This document shows positions 18,601-28,090 of a stretch of DNA of 64,000 bases, one piece after another; the first letter of the stretch is position 1; every line of letters begins with the position of its first letter. Source of the stretch: an uncultured Alphaproteobacteria bacterium (GTDB taxonomy: Bacteria; Pseudomonadota; Alphaproteobacteria; Rs-D84); NCBI GenBank assembly GCA_934232895.1, contig CAKQGH010000004.1:21979-85978 (forward strand), read 5' to 3'. The position numbers were made by a program, and so were the translations under genes. The notes under the pieces are model-generated. The model was given only the letters and a program-made list of their open reading frames with translations. It was not told the origin of the DNA and did not search any database.

Positions 18601-20738
18601 AGTGTTAAATCATCGGTATCGGCAACCAATACACCGTTTGTACGATCCGGCGTGCCATCGGCCAATATGCCACCGGCCAAATCAACTTTGTCCGCCGTGA
18701 CCGACGCACCACGCAACACCAATGTGCCGGTTGCGTTGTTGGACAATGTGCCACCAATTACCGTTGTTCCCGCAGAAATATCAATGCGGCCACCATCTGT
18801 CACCGACAAATTGCCAGAAACATTAAATCTCTGGTCCCCGGCGGTTGCGACATCCGTCGCACCAAATTGCAAAACGCCCCGGCCCGACGCAAAAACATCG
18901 GCACCAACATCAATTTGCGCGGCATCAAAACGAATCGTGCGTGACAGCGCGGTGTCGCTTGCATGCACGCCACCACCAACCGAAATATTTTCGTCCGAAT
19001 GAATGGTCAACGCGCCCGTTTGCACATCAACCTTCAAATCGCCAACCTCCGCATCACCCGATGCGGCGTTTACATCACCCGCAATTATAATGGTATCTGA
19101 TACCGAGAATTTTTGTGTGGTTCCCCCAATGTTCAACGCACCATTTTCCCCAACCACAACCGTACCATTTGCACGGATTACACCATCCAGCGACGACAAC
19201 GACATATCCATATTGCCGCCATTTACCAGCATGGCACCATTGATTGTCATATTGTTGGTGGCATCGAATTTCATTTTCCCCGCATTGGTTGTCAATGCGC
19301 CAGTTGTTATATCATATCCCGAAACATTCATCTGGCCACTGTTATTTGTGACATTACCCAATAATTTGACAGTGTTAGAAACACCAGTACCACCAGTAAT
19401 TTGCAATAATTTCCCAGAGTTAACTACACCATCTGATATACTTACATTCGCCCCACTTAATGTAGTGTCTTGCCCTGCCGAGTTATTTACCGCCGATGCC
19501 GACAAAGTGCCACCGGCTGTAATATCTACCTTGCCGGTTGTACCGGACGTCGTTATCCCATCGGCAGTTATATCGCGGGCCGCCCCAATCGTCAATGTTC
19601 CGGCATTCATAACGGTACCCGTCTTGATATCAAGCGCGGACTGCAAGACCATATCCGAGCTGTTATCTATTAATGCCAATGTGATATTACCATTCGTGGC
19701 ATCTTTTGTTGTCAACTTGAATGTACCATTGGCATTATGCCACTCTAAATCCTGGGGCACACCAAAATCAATGGTTCCGGTTGACAAATCAAAACCGTTC
19801 GCGTTCGCAAAACTGATGCCATTTGCGAATTTCGTTGCGCCCGACACATAACCAGTAAACGTTCCACCGGTCAATGCCAACGACTTGTCTGCATCCAAGC
19901 CACCATTTACAGTTAAATTTTTGGCATTGATGGTCAGTGCGCCATTATCACTGGTGATGCGACCACCAGAAATAATATTGCCATTTGCCGCCGCCAAGTT
20001 TAATTCAGTCCCTGAATTTTTAACATCACCCGTGGTGTTGATATTACTGGCCATGATTGTCATTTTACCGGCCGCATTACCATTGCCAATTTCGCCCGCG
20101 GTAATCGTACCGTTTGTCGCCGTCACATCTGCGGTGCCCGTGCCACTATAATTCAACGCGGCGGTCACATCTATGTTGCCTGTCGATGTAATTGTTGCGG
20201 TTGCGCCACTTGCATCAATTGAATTCGCCTGAATACTATTTGCCGATAATGTTAAATCGGATGCCGCGGTCAACGCCCCATTCAATGTTAAACTGTTCAC
20301 ATTTGATATGCTCAGCGCGCCATTTGCGGTGATTGTGTTGGCGGTGCTGGTACCAATCACGACATCTATCGCCGCAACCGATGAGGCATTGTGAATTTGC
20401 AATTTATACCCAGATGCAATTTCCAAATCCCCAGCGATATTTAATTTGCCACCCGTTAAAATCGAAAATGGTGAATCAATTCCAATCAGCGCATACACAT
20501 TGCCATCTGTACCAGATGTCCCCGTGTTATCACGCCCAATATACATATTGCCCGCAACCGTCAGCGGCCCCGACGACGAAATACCATTACCATTCGTAAT
20601 TATAACATTTTCGCCCGCGGTACTGTTGCCCGGCAACCCCGACAAGTCGGCAGAATTACCCGTACCTGGTGTGAAATCGGCGGCGCCCGCACCAAACGGC
20701 ACCAGGCAGCACAAGAAAGAAACTAATTTTTTCATCAT
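15684..20738 (-). CDS. Large type V autotransporter (1684 aa) with a Gly/Thr/Asn/Ala-rich beta-helical passenger
   Basis: Signal peptide MMKKLVSFLCCLVPFGAGAA. About 1250 aa of degenerate GxxTxxG/NxxG repeats. C-terminal ~300-aa beta-barrel translocator ending ...LHNIKISGSYRF. Confidence 0.85.
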   Translation of the reverse strand: MMKKLVSFLCCLVPFGAGAADFTPGTGNSADLSGLPGNSTAGENVIITNGNGISSSGPLTVAGNMYIGRDNTGTSGTDGNVYALIGIDSPFSILTGGKLNIAGDLEIASGYKLQIHNASSVAAIDVVIGTSTANTITANGALSISNVNSLTLNGALTAASDLTLSANSIQANSIDASGATATITSTGNIDVTAALNYSGTGTADVTATNGTITAGEIGNGNAAGKMTIMASNINTTGDVKNSGTELNLAAANGNIISGGRITSDNGALTINAKNLTVNGGLDADKSLALTGGTFTGYVSGATKFANGISFANANGFDLSTGTIDFGVPQDLEWHNANGTFKLTTKDATNGNITLALIDNSSDMVLQSALDIKTGTVMNAGTLTIGAARDITADGITTSGTTGKVDITAGGTLSASAVNNSAGQDTTLSGANVSISDGVVNSGKLLQITGGTGVSNTVKLLGNVTNNSGQMNVSGYDITTGALTTNAGKMKFDATNNMTINGAMLVNGGNMDMSLSSLDGVIRANGTVVVGENGALNIGGTTQKFSVSDTIIIAGDVNAASGDAEVGDLKVDVQTGALTIHSDENISVGGGVHASDTALSRTIRFDAAQIDVGADVFASGRGVLQFGATDVATAGDQRFNVSGNLSVTDGGRIDISAGTTVIGGTLSNNATGTLVLRGASVTADKVDLAGGILADGTPDRTNGVLVADTDDLTLTTTTDDILVGGDIITKDKKLTLKSAAAANITGKLETESSTSEIDITAAGDVELGDDIINYNGATVEISAAHIDAADSAVTNNANATMVLGGANTESVTTGNITNSGVLKITGTSVTANAIVANDGAMDITAPNVDAHSITVNGGAINTTANNITVTDAITITGDLNHVLTSGATTNGFNIIGSNATAMVQAGDLTVSGALNANANSVGYVLSGNATVDGGINVASGATTSLYASSITAGGVTNAGNLMLSATSGADLGNVVVNSGMLTLNSNTATAASVIMSGLNIVAGNAELRGNGITVNGDFKAGILYQNYNGDITVRGTDVNIIANDYTINANSVSVAGIDQTGGNLNLNTSNLEVRGAIETNGNLLTISARDYNSISAEITGDISGGVRFNNLGDLIVRGDYIFDNNSRLVVAGGPISALHWSTISLADDNTFGQISNNVENLALVKITGEFKSQVSLANLASGTGLIGVGLTELPDISKALWLAHADGGISELDGLDKLRNVSVAICNASGTMCYTYFDPADLADASDIAGAYLTVRNGNDIYIVFDDRFGGPIKISKIQPIVERVPGYSPDAAVSAGALDNLIAGLQQKNGFSGTQAIELLPLIFRGAGLGTMGDELYKRLENYDEYRNGAGLERFSQLFQAREIEQIAGNVALNEHTNARSFEDRMFDEFIWNRNRKLKKAWVDTDFGMLYQKTTDGLHADGNRFSVSGGFDWQHSQTVIYGLTARVSHMSTDTASALDLAYNATNDYIAGHIDTSVADTNIGMGGYMMKILGDKTRLYGTAFLDLHLFDVSRNQTYVDGEITGNGSAFSLTSEWGLLHDWLNQYIVGNMYVRAGYNTGFSVTEKVGGHDYMKMESDGYLMLTPGYSLMAQKRIYPSMWFQIRPYASIGIEYDVLGAPDTAKYKFAAADSFTEYDLNIDPMWANIGGGVEFVSATGIQVGLDYRYQYNQDIQLHNIKISGSYRF

Positions 20739-20855
20739 ATTTTTATTTTATTCCGATCAGAATTATGGTTATATTATTACATAAATAGGAAAACAGGACA
20801 AGACCAAACTTGCCCCCATAAATCACTTTTTTATACTTATGCAAAGGAGTAAAAT

Positions 20856-22118
20856 ATGTATGAAATAGCAACGGTTCACGCGCGTCAAATTATGGACAGC
20901 CGCGGCAACCCGACGATTGAATGCGACATTACTTTGTCAGACGGTGCGTTTGGCCGCGCGGCGGTGCCATCGGGCGCATCCACCGGCAGTTTCGAGGCAC
21001 TGGAACTGCGCGACGGTGGCGACGCATATATGGGCAAAGGCGTTATGACCGCGGTAAAAAATGTGAATGAAATTATCGCCCCGGCAATCACCGGTATGGA
21101 CGCGTCCCATCAAACCGAAATTGATGAAAAAATGTTGGCATTGGATGGCACACCGAACAAGGCCAGATTGGGTGCAAACGCGATACTGGCGGTATCTATG
21201 GCGGTTGCACACGCGGTGGCCGCGGCCAAGAAAATTCCACTGTATAAATATATTGCCGAAATATACGGCAATGCAAACCCGTGTGTCTTGCCGCGCCCCA
21301 TGATGAACATCATCAACGGCGGTATGCATGCCGACAATGGACTGGACGCACAAGAGTTTATGATTATTCCAAACGGCGCGAAATCTGAAAGCCAGGCGAT
21401 TCGTATGGGCTCGGAAATTTTCCACAATTTGAAATCTATTTTGAAAAAAACCGGCAATTCAACCAATGTTGGTGACGAAGGCGGTTTTGCACCAAACTTT
21501 CATTCGTGCCGCCAGGCGTTGGATACAATTGTTTCCGCAATTCGCGCGGCCGGATACACCCCGGGCGACCAGGTTTCAATTGGTTTGGACGTGGCATCAT
21601 CGGAATTCTATGCCGATGGCGTATATAATTTCGAGGGTCAAAAATTATCGTCCGATGAAATGATTGCGTTTTACGAAAAATTGATTGCGGATTATCCAAT
21701 CATTTCAATTGAAGACGCATTGGCCGAAGAAGACTGGGATGGATGGCACAAATTGACCGATACAATTGGCAAAAAAATCCAATTGGTTGGCGATGATTTG
21801 TTTGTGACAAATCCGGCGCGCCTGGCCCGCGGCATTGAAATGGGCGTTGCAAACGCAATTTTAATCAAGGTAAACCAAATCGGCAGTTTAACCGAAACAT
21901 TGCGCGCGATAAAAATGGCCCAAGATGCAAAATATGGTGTTGTTATTTCGCACCGCAGTGGCGAAACCGAAGACACAACAATCGCCGACCTGGCGGTGGC
22001 AACAAACGCCGGCCAGATAAAAACCGGTTCTATGTCACGCACCGACCGCATGGCAAAATATAATCAATTGCTGCGCATCGAAGAAGAACTGGACAAATCC
22101 GCAAAATATGGTATATAA
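20856..22118 (+). CDS. eno: Enolase (phosphopyruvate hydratase)
   Basis: [47 protein letters not shown] and [17 protein letters not shown]. Confidence 0.97.
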   Translation: MYEIATVHARQIMDSRGNPTIECDITLSDGAFGRAAVPSGASTGSFEALELRDGGDAYMGKGVMTAVKNVNEIIAPAITGMDASHQTEIDEKMLALDGTPNKARLGANAILAVSMAVAHAVAAAKKIPLYKYIAEIYGNANPCVLPRPMMNIINGGMHADNGLDAQEFMIIPNGAKSESQAIRMGSEIFHNLKSILKKTGNSTNVGDEGGFAPNFHSCRQALDTIVSAIRAAGYTPGDQVSIGLDVASSEFYADGVYNFEGQKLSSDEMIAFYEKLIADYPIISIEDALAEEDWDGWHKLTDTIGKKIQLVGDDLFVTNPARLARGIEMGVANAILIKVNQIGSLTETLRAIKMAQDAKYGVVISHRSGETEDTTIADLAVATNAGQIKTGSMSRTDRMAKYNQLLRIEEELDKSAKYGI

Positions 22119-22178
22119 TACGACCGGAAATAGCGAATGGGGGGCGCAAATGCGTCCCCTTTTTTGTTTTATGTGCGT

Positions 22179-22385
22179 ATGAATATTGTGAACATAATCT
22201 TGGTTGTTGCAAAATATGCGATTGCAATCGCAATCTTGGTTGGCGTGTGGATGGCGCCCGCGTGGGTTGCGCGCCAAACATCCAAAGACGGATACAATAT
22301 GGTTATGGTACGATTGGCCAGTTGGCTGTTATTCTGGACCGGCATCGGTTGGTTGTGGGCGCTGTTTTGCGCATCTAAAAAATAA
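22179..22385 (+). CDS. Small membrane protein, superinfection-immunity (Imm_superinfect/PF14373)-like
   Basis: MNIVNIILVVAKYAIAIAILVGVWMAPAWVARQ...LLFWTGIGWLWALFCA has two TMs and a GW..GW..A motif. The start was chosen after the eno terminator hairpin (22139-22165). No obvious separate promoter. Confidence 0.5.
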   Translation: MNIVNIILVVAKYAIAIAILVGVWMAPAWVARQTSKDGYNMVMVRLASWLLFWTGIGWLWALFCASKK

Positions 22386-22394
22386 GTAATATAT

Positions 22395-23018
22395 TTACCG
22401 TGTTTTGAACCGTTGTTCGGTAAACAACGCATTGCGAAATTCCGAATTTACGACGCATTCATAAACAAATTCACCCATGGCGCGGCTGGCGGCGGTGTCA
22501 CTGTTCAAATACAAATCTATGCCAACCCACAATGGTGCACTGCGGTCCAATTTGCCAGTGTTGCAATCGCGCCGAATAATCGTGCCAACAATCGCACCCG
22601 AATCCCAATCAGGCAATATATTTTGCACCCCGTTGCCGCGACCGGGGTATCTGGAAATATGGGCATTCATCGTAAGGCCGGCAACCAATTCATATTCCGG
22701 CGCCATACAAGTATCAAAAATAAATTTGAACAATTTTAACATCGGATATTCATTTACTGACACCAAACTGGATTGCCCAAACGCAGTCAATGCGTGATTG
22801 TCAAAATTATAGTAAACCATATCGGTCGCATAATGCCCCAAAATCTGTTCAATTTTATACTCATTCAACCGTTCACGGTCACACAGACAACGATTTGGAA
22901 CATTCAACAACAGGTCGCCATTTGGCAAAACGGAAATCGTGCTGCACGACACCATCCAACGGCCACGGCGACTTTTCATCAAATTTTTGTATTGCTGTTT
23001 ACTTATTTCACATTGCAT
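22395..23018 (-). CDS. Hypothetical protein (207 aa, cytoplasmic, no recognised domain)
   Basis: Clean ORF with no competing frame. No motif recognised. Confidence 0.55.
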   Translation of the reverse strand: MQCEISKQQYKNLMKSRRGRWMVSCSTISVLPNGDLLLNVPNRCLCDRERLNEYKIEQILGHYATDMVYYNFDNHALTAFGQSSLVSVNEYPMLKLFKFIFDTCMAPEYELVAGLTMNAHISRYPGRGNGVQNILPDWDSGAIVGTIIRRDCNTGKLDRSAPLWVGIDLYLNSDTAASRAMGEFVYECVVNSEFRNALFTEQRFKTR

Positions 23019-23091
23019 CGGTAAATCCTTGGTCTGTGCAACATAGCACCAATATAAATATTGTCAACATTTATATATGTTGCCCCAGGCA

Positions 23092-23127
23092 CAAAAAAGC
23101 GCACAGGGGGCAAAATCCCCCTGTGCG
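23092..23127 (-). terminator. Terminator of the small gene 23154..23312
   Basis: Minus strand: GCACAGGGGG-ATTTTG-CCCCCTGTGC followed by GCTTTTTTGT. Confidence 0.75.
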
Positions 23128-23153
23128 GAAATAAACTGTCACTGGCACATAAA

Positions 23154-23312
23154 TTATTTTTCACTCTGCTGGTGATTTTGCAGGCTGACACCGCGCGCCA
23201 TAAATTCGGCCGCCAGATTTACCGCCGCTATACCTTTCTTGTACCCTGCCCCTGCTGCCTTGCTGTTCAAGGCGTTGGTTGCGGTATTAAATTTGCTTAC
23301 ATTATCAGTCAT
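23154..23312 (-). CDS. Small protein gene (52 aa) with its own promoter, operator-like palindrome and terminator
   Basis: Below the ORF-track size cutoff. MTDNVSKFNTATNALNSKAAGAGYKKGIAAVNLAAEFMARGVSLQNHQQSEK*. AAGGG RBS ~8 nt upstream. Confidence 0.5.
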   Translation of the reverse strand: MTDNVSKFNTATNALNSKAAGAGYKKGIAAVNLAAEFMARGVSLQNHQQSEK

Positions 23313-23340
23313 TTTTAATGCCCTTTGTCAAAAACACCTC

Positions 23341-23382
23341 TCTGACACCTGTCAGATTATACCAACAAAACTTTTTTGTCAA
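23341..23382 (-). promoter_or_regulatory. Promoter (TTGACA, 15 nt, TGGTATAAT extended -10) plus abutting perfect palindrome TCTGACA-CC-TGTCAGA
   Basis: -35 at comp. 23377-23382. -10 at comp. 23356-23361 with TGG upstream. Palindrome at 23341-23356 covers the predicted transcription start. Confidence 0.5.
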
Positions 23383-23399
23383 GCGTTATTGTCAACTTT

Positions 23400-24908
23400 T
23401 TATTCGTCACAGCCATACATACCACATTCTTCGTCCATCGCATATTCTTCGACAACGATTGGCGCCTGCTGTGGTTGTTCGGTGTAATGCGTTTCCTTGA
23501 CAACACGCACACGACGGTTTGCCGCATTTGCAACACCATCGGCGGTTGGAACGGCTAAATCTTCCTCGCCCGCAGAAACCGCGACAATTTGGCTGGCCGG
23601 AATACCGTATTCAATCAACATTTTCTGTACAGCCTCGGCACGACGACCGCCCAATGCGTAATTATATGCCTTGGTTCCCATTGTGTCGGTATGACCAACA
23701 ACCGAAACCTTGATATTCTTGTTTGCCTGGGTCGCCTGGGCCAACTTTTTAATCAGTTCCTGGTATTCTGGTTTAATCACAGATTTGTTGAAATCGAAAC
23801 GAACCTCGAACACCTCTTCCATAACATGTTGTTTTGGTTCCAGCGGAATCTGTTGCACCTTGATAATGGTCTTTTCACCCTGGGCCGCCTGCATTTTGTC
23901 CAGACGCGCATTGATTGCCGCCAATTCGTCACGCATGGCCATCATCATATTGATGAATTCTTGACGTGTGACATATTCTTCGCTGACGGTTGGAATTTCA
24001 TTTGCAACCGGTGCCGGTTCATCGGCCACGCATTCAACATCGTCGGTGCAATCAACCGTACCATCGACCGCCAATGTGTTGTTGCTGTTAGAAATTGTTT
24101 TATCGCCACCATAAATATTCTGGTTAAATATCAACGGGCGCGATTCCTGAACCGGCACGGGGTTTATCAGATGTTCCGGAACATTTACATTGTTTACAAT
24201 AATCACACCCTCGCGCGTGCGGGCGGCGCCATCCATTGCGCGCAGCGAACGCGTTTCTGGGTAATATGTTTTGGTTGTGCGGTTGCTGGCATTTGTGGTT
24301 TTGGCAACGGTTGCCTGTTTGGTTTCGGTTTTTGCAACCGTGGATACGACCTTGCCATTCTTGCAATCACGCAGTGTTGCCAACGCCTTTTGAAAACGAT
24401 CGCGGCATTCGGCGGCGGTACCCGTTTGACCACTGGCCGTTGCGGACAACCAACAATCGAATTTCGCCTGAACCTCGGCCGCCAATTGCGGGTTATCGGT
24501 ACTGGCATCATTTTTTAATTGATCCAACAATTCATTGTATGCGGTGTACAATTCAAAAGATTCCTGTTCGTCATCGACCGGCCAATTATCCAATGTTTCT
24601 GGGAAAGGAACCTCGCCACTGAATGCGGCAACGGCCTTTTGCGCGAACAATTCGCCCATTTCAGAATATCCACTGGTACGGGCGTTATATATCGCATACG
24701 AACGATAATTCATCGCCAATTGGTTCAGAAAGGAATCCTGGTGCGGTGCAGAATATACATCCAATTGTTCAACATAGTCAACGGTTGGCGTGTCCACGGG
24801 GCCGTAGTCAACATTTTTATCATTCCCAGCACATGCCGCCAATGCAACCACCGACGCCGCCGCAATCATTCGTGATACAATCCATGTTGATACAGATTTA
24901 TTTTTCAT
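23400..24908 (-). CDS. OmpA-family lipoprotein (peptidoglycan-binding C-terminal domain)
   Basis: Lipobox VVALAAC|AG. C-terminal FDFNKSVIKPEYQELIKKLAQ...VVGHTDTMGTKAYNYALGGRRAEAVQKMLIEYGI...NRRVRVV is an OmpA-like domain. Confidence 0.85.
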   Translation of the reverse strand: MKNKSVSTWIVSRMIAAASVVALAACAGNDKNVDYGPVDTPTVDYVEQLDVYSAPHQDSFLNQLAMNYRSYAIYNARTSGYSEMGELFAQKAVAAFSGEVPFPETLDNWPVDDEQESFELYTAYNELLDQLKNDASTDNPQLAAEVQAKFDCWLSATASGQTGTAAECRDRFQKALATLRDCKNGKVVSTVAKTETKQATVAKTTNASNRTTKTYYPETRSLRAMDGAARTREGVIIVNNVNVPEHLINPVPVQESRPLIFNQNIYGGDKTISNSNNTLAVDGTVDCTDDVECVADEPAPVANEIPTVSEEYVTRQEFINMMMAMRDELAAINARLDKMQAAQGEKTIIKVQQIPLEPKQHVMEEVFEVRFDFNKSVIKPEYQELIKKLAQATQANKNIKVSVVGHTDTMGTKAYNYALGGRRAEAVQKMLIEYGIPASQIVAVSAGEEDLAVPTADGVANAANRRVRVVKETHYTEQPQQAPIVVEEYAMDEECGMYGCDE

Positions 24909-25005
24909 CGAAATTTCCTTTCCTTATCCCCCGTATTATACGATTTTTTGGTATATGAGTAAAGTAAAAAAAACATCCCCCACGGGGGATGCAATTTGAA
25001 TAATA

Positions 25006-25800
25006 TCACCGGTCGGCAAACTGGGACACAATTGTTCCAAGCGATGACAACCCGCCACCACCGCCGGCAACACTGCCCGCCACATCCATAATAGATGTCG
25101 TATTTGTTTTTTGTCCAATGCCACTGACTGTATTTGTTAAAAATTCGCCCCACAGCGCTTTTTTCTTGGCACTCAATCGCGCAGAACTGCAATTTTCAAT
25201 TTTTGAAATCAAGCGCGCCGCCATTGTGGCCTCGGTCTTGGTATAATCAGCCTCGGAAAAATCAATCAGGTTAAATATTTCATATATGTCCGACACGGTT
25301 TCCTTGTTCTTGCACGACAACGACCCGTCCGCACAATATGTTGCAACCGCCGCCATTGGGAATCCGGCCCAAACCTGGTCATCATTGCCGTCGCCCGCAA
25401 AATAGTCATAACAAATAGATGCAAATTCCGTACCCGCCGAGCGCGTAATAGCCGCCGCATAACCACCAGTTGCCACATTACACGGTTTGCGTTTCAGCGC
25501 GGTTTGCACATCATTCACATTCATTTCGCCAACGCGCGCCCATTCTTTCATGATATTGTTCACAAATGTAATTTCCGCCGAACTGGGGACGCATTCGGTG
25601 GTCAACGCCTTTTGCTGGGAACTTAATTGTTTCACATTACCAACCAACCCCAACACCGTTGGCACCAAACTGGCCGTTGTGGATGTGTCAGATTTCTGGG
25701 TTGCGACCGACGCGGCCTTTTTAACAGTGACCGCCGCCATCGCGCCACCAGACACCAGGCACGCAAACGCACATATCAAAGACAGTAATTTTTTATTCAT
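25006..25800 (-). CDS. Secreted protein of unknown function
   Basis: Signal peptide MNKKLLSLICAFACLVSGGAMA. Five further Cys and a Gly-rich C-terminus (VAGGGGGLSSLG). Terminator hairpin downstream. Confidence 0.6.
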   Translation of the reverse strand: MNKKLLSLICAFACLVSGGAMAAVTVKKAASVATQKSDTSTTASLVPTVLGLVGNVKQLSSQQKALTTECVPSSAEITFVNNIMKEWARVGEMNVNDVQTALKRKPCNVATGGYAAAITRSAGTEFASICYDYFAGDGNDDQVWAGFPMAAVATYCADGSLSCKNKETVSDIYEIFNLIDFSEADYTKTEATMAARLISKIENCSSARLSAKKKALWGEFLTNTVSGIGQKTNTTSIMDVAGSVAGGGGGLSSLGTIVSQFADR

Positions 25801-25850
25801 CTCTCGTGGTTGCATTATAACACAAAAAAAACATTGAATAAATATAAAAA

Positions 25851-26366
25851 TTGCTTTTTGTCATCTGGCGCGCTAAACTGGACACCGTGCAGACCGACAA
25901 ACGCAGTTTTATTATTTTCTCTAAACACAGACGATTAAAGCGCCTGTGGCAGTTTTTCTTTACTGGTTGGGGTCTGGTTATGGTGGCGGCATTGGTCGCG
26001 GGTGCCCTGTTTACCCAGCAATTATTATGGACACCAATCACGGCGATAAATATGTCCGACATCGTCAGTAATCAATTCAAAATGTCAAATGCATCGTTCG
26101 CCGGCACAGATACCAATGGGGAACCTTTTCGCCTGTATGCGGCATCTGGTCGCCAGGAATACGACAAGCCAGACATAATATTTTTAGAGAGTGTGTCGGG
26201 CAGTGTTGTGCGCCTGACGAACGGCACAAAAATAACTGATAAAATTCGCGCCAAATCGGGGAAATATAACCGTGCGGCCAGAACAATTACATTGTTGGGC
26301 AATGTTCGCATTGATTCCAGCAACGGGGACAAGGTTTTAACAGACGAATTGGTGATAAAATTATGA
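25851..26366 (+). CDS. lptC: LPS export system protein LptC-like (membrane-anchored OstA-fold protein)
   Basis: TM WGLVMVAALVAGALF followed by a beta-rich domain (FRLYAASGRQEYDKPDIIFLESVSGSVV...ITLLGNVRIDSSNGDKVLTDELVIKL). ATGA overlap with lptB. The exact start is uncertain (TTG 25851 or GTG 25887). Confidence 0.65.
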   Translation: MLFVIWRAKLDTVQTDKRSFIIFSKHRRLKRLWQFFFTGWGLVMVAALVAGALFTQQLLWTPITAINMSDIVSNQFKMSNASFAGTDTNGEPFRLYAASGRQEYDKPDIIFLESVSGSVVRLTNGTKITDKIRAKSGKYNRAARTITLLGNVRIDSSNGDKVLTDELVIKL

Positions 26367-27091
26367 AACAATCCGTATTACGCATTGAACACCTGTCTAA
26401 ATCATACGGCAAACGTATGGTCATTCGGGACATATCTATGGTTGCCCACCAGGGCGAATCGGTTGGGTTGCTGGGGCCAAATGGCGCGGGCAAAACAACC
26501 GCTTTTTATTGCATCACGGGACAATTGGCGGCAACGGGTGGACAAATATTCTTGAATTCCCAGGATATAACACACCTGCCGTTTTACCAACGCGCGCGTA
26601 TGCACATCGGATATTTGCCCCAGGAAAACAGTGTTTTCCGCGGTCTGACGGTGGAACAAAACATTATGGCCATTCTGGAGGTCGTGGAACCCAATCGCAA
26701 AAAACGGCAACAAAAGCTGGACGCATTGTTGGACGAATTTTCCATATCTGCACTGCGCCACAGTCCGGCAACCGCCCTGTCGGGTGGCGAACGCCGCCGC
26801 GTTGAAATTGCGCGCGCGTTGGCAAACGATCCAAAATTCATATTACTAGACGAACCGTTCGCCGGTATTGACCCGATTGCCGTAAATGAAATCCGCAGTT
26901 TGGTGTCCCAATTAAAAAACCGCGGTCTGGGCGTGATTATTACCGATCACAATGTACGCGAAACATTGGGCATTACCGACCGCAGTTATGTCCTGCACGA
27001 TGGTAAAATATTAAAGCAAGGCACCACCGATGAAATCGTCCAAGACGAAATGGTTAAAAAGGTCTATTTGGGCGAAGATTTCACGATGTAA
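26363..27091 (+). CDS. lptB: LPS export ABC transporter ATP-binding protein LptB
   Basis: GPNGAGKTT Walker A, LSGGERRRVEIARAL signature, ILLDEPFAGIDP Walker B. 242 aa, typical LptB size. Confidence 0.9.
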   Translation: MKQSVLRIEHLSKSYGKRMVIRDISMVAHQGESVGLLGPNGAGKTTAFYCITGQLAATGGQIFLNSQDITHLPFYQRARMHIGYLPQENSVFRGLTVEQNIMAILEVVEPNRKKRQQKLDALLDEFSISALRHSPATALSGGERRRVEIARALANDPKFILLDEPFAGIDPIAVNEIRSLVSQLKNRGLGVIITDHNVRETLGITDRSYVLHDGKILKQGTTDEIVQDEMVKKVYLGEDFTM

Positions 27092-27171
27092 TCGAACATA
27101 ACAAAACAATTAAAAAGCCGCCCCTTTGGGCGGATTTTTTTACAAAAAAAACGGGGCGATGCCCCGTTTTA

Positions 27172-27996
27172 TTATTTATCCAATGCCTTGATGATTTGTG
27201 CGTGTGGGATTGCGCCCGGGAACGCTTCTTCACCAATAATCAGGAACGGTGTGCCGCTGATTTCGAACTGTTGTGCCAAATCACGAACGTTCGCCAATTC
27301 ACGTGCGACAACCTCGCCCGACATATCTTGTTTCAACTGGGCTGTATCCAGACCAGCTTCTTCGGCCATTTTCAAAACATTCTTTTCGACCTTTTCGCCC
27401 AATTTGGACTGATCTTTCAAATCGTCCTGGGTATAGAAATTACGGGTCATCATCATGTCAACCAATTTGGCTGCTTTTTCTGGGCTCTGCAATTTTGCAG
27501 CAATAGCGGCCTTGGCTGGGGCATCAGATAATGCGCCATGAATCGAGAAGTTTTTGATAACAACGCGAACATCGTCACGATCAGCCAATACACGTTCCAA
27601 TTCGCCATGAACACGGCGGCAATATGGACAGCTGAAATCGGTCCAAACAAAGATTGTTTTCTTCGCGTCTGGTGCACCCAAAATCGGGGCATCTGCAATC
27701 ATCATATCCGAGTGTTCACGAACGAATGCACGAACGGCCTTGTTCTTTTCAGCATTCAATTGTTCCTGGGCACCGTTGGCCATTTCCTGGATAATCAGCG
27801 GATTTACCGATGTCAGGTAATATGGCACAAACAAGCGGCAAACGCTGCCTGCGACCAAGATGATGGCAATCAATTTAATAGATTTTTTTGCCAAGATGAT
27901 TCCTGTGCTGGGTTTCTTTGCATCATGTTTCAGCAGCATACCACCGAACATATACATGGCGATTCCCAAAACCAGGACCAATATTGTCCAAGTCAT
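27172..27996 (-). CDS. DsbA-family thiol:disulfide oxidoreductase, membrane-anchored
   Basis: Start at MTWTILVLVLGIAMYMF (GAAAGGAGAA RBS). Thioredoxin-fold active site WTDFSCPYCRR. The upstream extension of the ORF to 28329 overlaps recO and is rejected. Confidence 0.8.
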   Translation of the reverse strand: MTWTILVLVLGIAMYMFGGMLLKHDAKKPSTGIILAKKSIKLIAIILVAGSVCRLFVPYYLTSVNPLIIQEMANGAQEQLNAEKNKAVRAFVREHSDMMIADAPILGAPDAKKTIFVWTDFSCPYCRRVHGELERVLADRDDVRVVIKNFSIHGALSDAPAKAAIAAKLQSPEKAAKLVDMMMTRNFYTQDDLKDQSKLGEKVEKNVLKMAEEAGLDTAQLKQDMSGEVVARELANVRDLAQQFEISGTPFLIIGEEAFPGAIPHAQIIKALDK

Positions 27997-28090
27997 AGTT
28001 TTCTCCTTTCTGTTGAACACAAATACCATAATAAAAATTTGCAACCAGCGCAAGGAATAAATATGCAAAAAGTTATAAAAAATTTTGATT

